From assembly GCA_049724395.1 (NCBI GenBank), contig JAUGWO010000012.1, positions 124,001 to 188,000 of the forward strand: DNA of 64,000 bases, in the 5' to 3' direction. This document shows, piece after piece, positions 61,976-64,000 of the stretch (its first letter is position 1; each line of letters opens with the position of its first letter). This stretch comes from Spongospora subterranea f. sp. subterranea (Eukaryota). The position numbers were made by a program, and so were the translations under genes. The notes below the pieces were generated by a model. That model was not told the DNA's origin. It did no database searches and saw only the letters and a program-made list of their open reading frames with translations.

Positions 61976-63549
61976 TCAGTTCATTTGGCGACGATCGTTT
62001 TGCGAATTTGTGATTCTCGCACTTGAAATGGTTTCTGCTGTAGCCATATCGATTTCAGCCCAATCAACAGACGTGCCCTGAGTGGGCTCCTCGGCATCCC
62101 TGGTGATGGCGACCGCATCCACAAACTCGGACTCGGCCGGGGTTAGCGAATCCTCAGCGATGAGATGGAACGCGCCGTTCCAGAAGTCGAACGTCAGCAC
62201 AAGTAGGTTGGCATCGCCACAATATGAGGTGACGATGAACAGTTTCGTGGTGGACGCATGCCATTGCCCAATACATCGGTTTCGCTTCAACGAGGGCGTA
62301 TTCGCCTTCAACCGCAACTAGATTGTCGTTCTGAGCGGAATCGAATACATTCCGCATAAGGATTCCTACCTGATAATCGGACCTTGACAACGACGGCGCG
62401 GTCAACGATTTCGGATAATATGAGCTAATTGCCGACGTCTGAGTAAGTCAACAGCGTCAGTGTCCGCGTCGTGCCTGGCAGCGTAGACTTACAGACGTTG
62501 GTTCAGGGCTGGCGTTGATGGCATAGATGTGGACCGTGTTGGGTGTCGGACGTGGACGCCAGAAAAGCGTCATCATGGGAGAACGATAACGACATGATTT
62601 TGACGGGGGATATTCCACGACGGAACTCGTGCAACAATCTCCCATCCTTCACGTCCCAAATCTGCAGAATGAAAACCGCGATTCAGCCGTGGATCAAACG
62701 ACGATTACTATTGGATTGCTCGAACCCGGATGACCGTCCCTCGTAGCGATGCAGTTGCAAGTTCGCTGCCGGCGCTACTGAACGCCATAGCCGATATACG
62801 GCAGCGGTGAACTTTGAAAACGTTCACCGTCTTGAGATTGACGACGTCGAACAGCAACACGGACGTTTCATTGCTATTGGAACGATAATTAGATATTATT
62901 AAGGAGACGGTTGTGCTAAACGACGATACTGGGGATATGCAATGAGGTGCTGAGCACAATGTTTTTGTGTGACCGCACACAGTCCAGTTCGGTTTTTGGA
63001 TATATCTTGGGAAAAAATCGCCGAAAGTGACTGAATATCAAACACGTACAGAATATTCTCCAGAAGAATGACGAACCTGGACAGGGCAGCAGTGAGCAGG
63101 GGAATGCGGACCGGGAAATTGAACTTTTCAGCCATTACAGGTTTGGGATGAAATTGATGAATAATATTGTCGAGCGGAAACTGATTTCGGCGGCGATGGC
63201 GTTGGTGGTGACGTTGATCAATCGAAGGACGCGAGGGGAGAATGCTGGGTCCGACCCAGTGCCAACGCATGCGACTATATTCGATAAGTCAGGTTGCAGT
63301 GGCGACAAACGCAACAGGAAACGGACCTAATGATGTCTCGTTCAACTGTGCTAGATGGCTAGCTCCACACGAGTTTTGTTCGACAATGACCTCAAAAGGA
63401 TCCAGGCCATATATCGCCACTGAATCGCTTCGTCCTATCATCAACCGCCTGATAATGACGATGGCAATCAGCAAGATTGGAAGCCGCAAGCGCAGAATCA
63501 CTGACGAGGATTCCGGGGTGAATCCGACAAAGATTACAGGATCAGACAT
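61976..63549 (-). CDS. ATG18: ATG18/WIPI (PROPPIN) beta-propeller, multi-exon; apparent +1 frameshift near 62541
   Basis: FSPRVLRLIN; LLENILYVFDI; H..ISAMAFS..G.ELATASLRGTVIR; EFRRG lipid-binding motif; SDT/NTVHIY. Confidence 0.9.
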
Positions 63550-64000
63550 TTCTTGGGAGAACAGAAACAGCCCTGGGGTTCCAGGTCTTGATATATCAGG
63601 GCAGTTTGGTGGGTGGCGATGATCTGAACACTGGCTGTAGGGTTCATTCTACACAGTAGACAATCTCACGATACCACTTACGGAGTGCCAAAAACGGTGC
63701 GTGGTGCGTTAACGTTTTTGGTCAATGAGCGCCGCGTTGGCCCAGTCGACGTTACGGCCCCCCTCTGTCATGCCGCTTGGCGTCGTTGATCATCAGTGGC
63801 CTTCTCTCTCGGCCGTTTGAGGGGTTTATCGGAGCGCACCTGTCGTCTCCGAACGCGTTGCTCTATCGGTCCTAACACCACACGCAATCAGCTCCCAGCC
63901 CTGAGTGACAACGTGAAGCCGATAGACCCGTATAATTGTCGACTTGGGATATTAGAAATGACTTAAAGGGAACATATGCAAAAATAAACACCAAAGTTGA

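Overview
Gene-dense eukaryotic genomic DNA with many short (~45-110 nt) spliceosomal introns. Flagellar genes (CFAP65, a p25-alpha protein) point to a zoosporic protist; a plasmodiophorid/phytomyxid is my inference, not shown by the sequence. Recognisable genes: SNU114/EFTUD2 (5' part), PIG-L, a WD40 protein, FAM114-like, POP4, RPC34, BCL7-like, RER1, CDC50/LEM3, a partial-p25-alpha protein, RFT1, GPR137/TOM1-like, Mago nashi, CFAP65, choline-phosphate cytidylyltransferase, a secreted multicopper oxidase, HMG-CoA synthase and ATG18/WIPI. There are also three tandem tRNA-Val(CAC) and one tRNA-Ile(AAT). Transposon debris (chromovirus, MULE, CRE-like RT, possible Crypton, Harbinger, MITEs) clusters at about 11.9-13.9, 32-37 and 57-59.6 kb, often as inverted duplications. 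The most striking object is a multi-exon gene at 26031-29114 that joins an F-box + LRR + Cys-rich region to a full-length but divergent presenilin-like domain that keeps both catalytic-position aspartates. Several conserved genes carry single-base frameshifts in homopolymers, probably assembly indels. All gene models were spliced by eye and no database searches were run.
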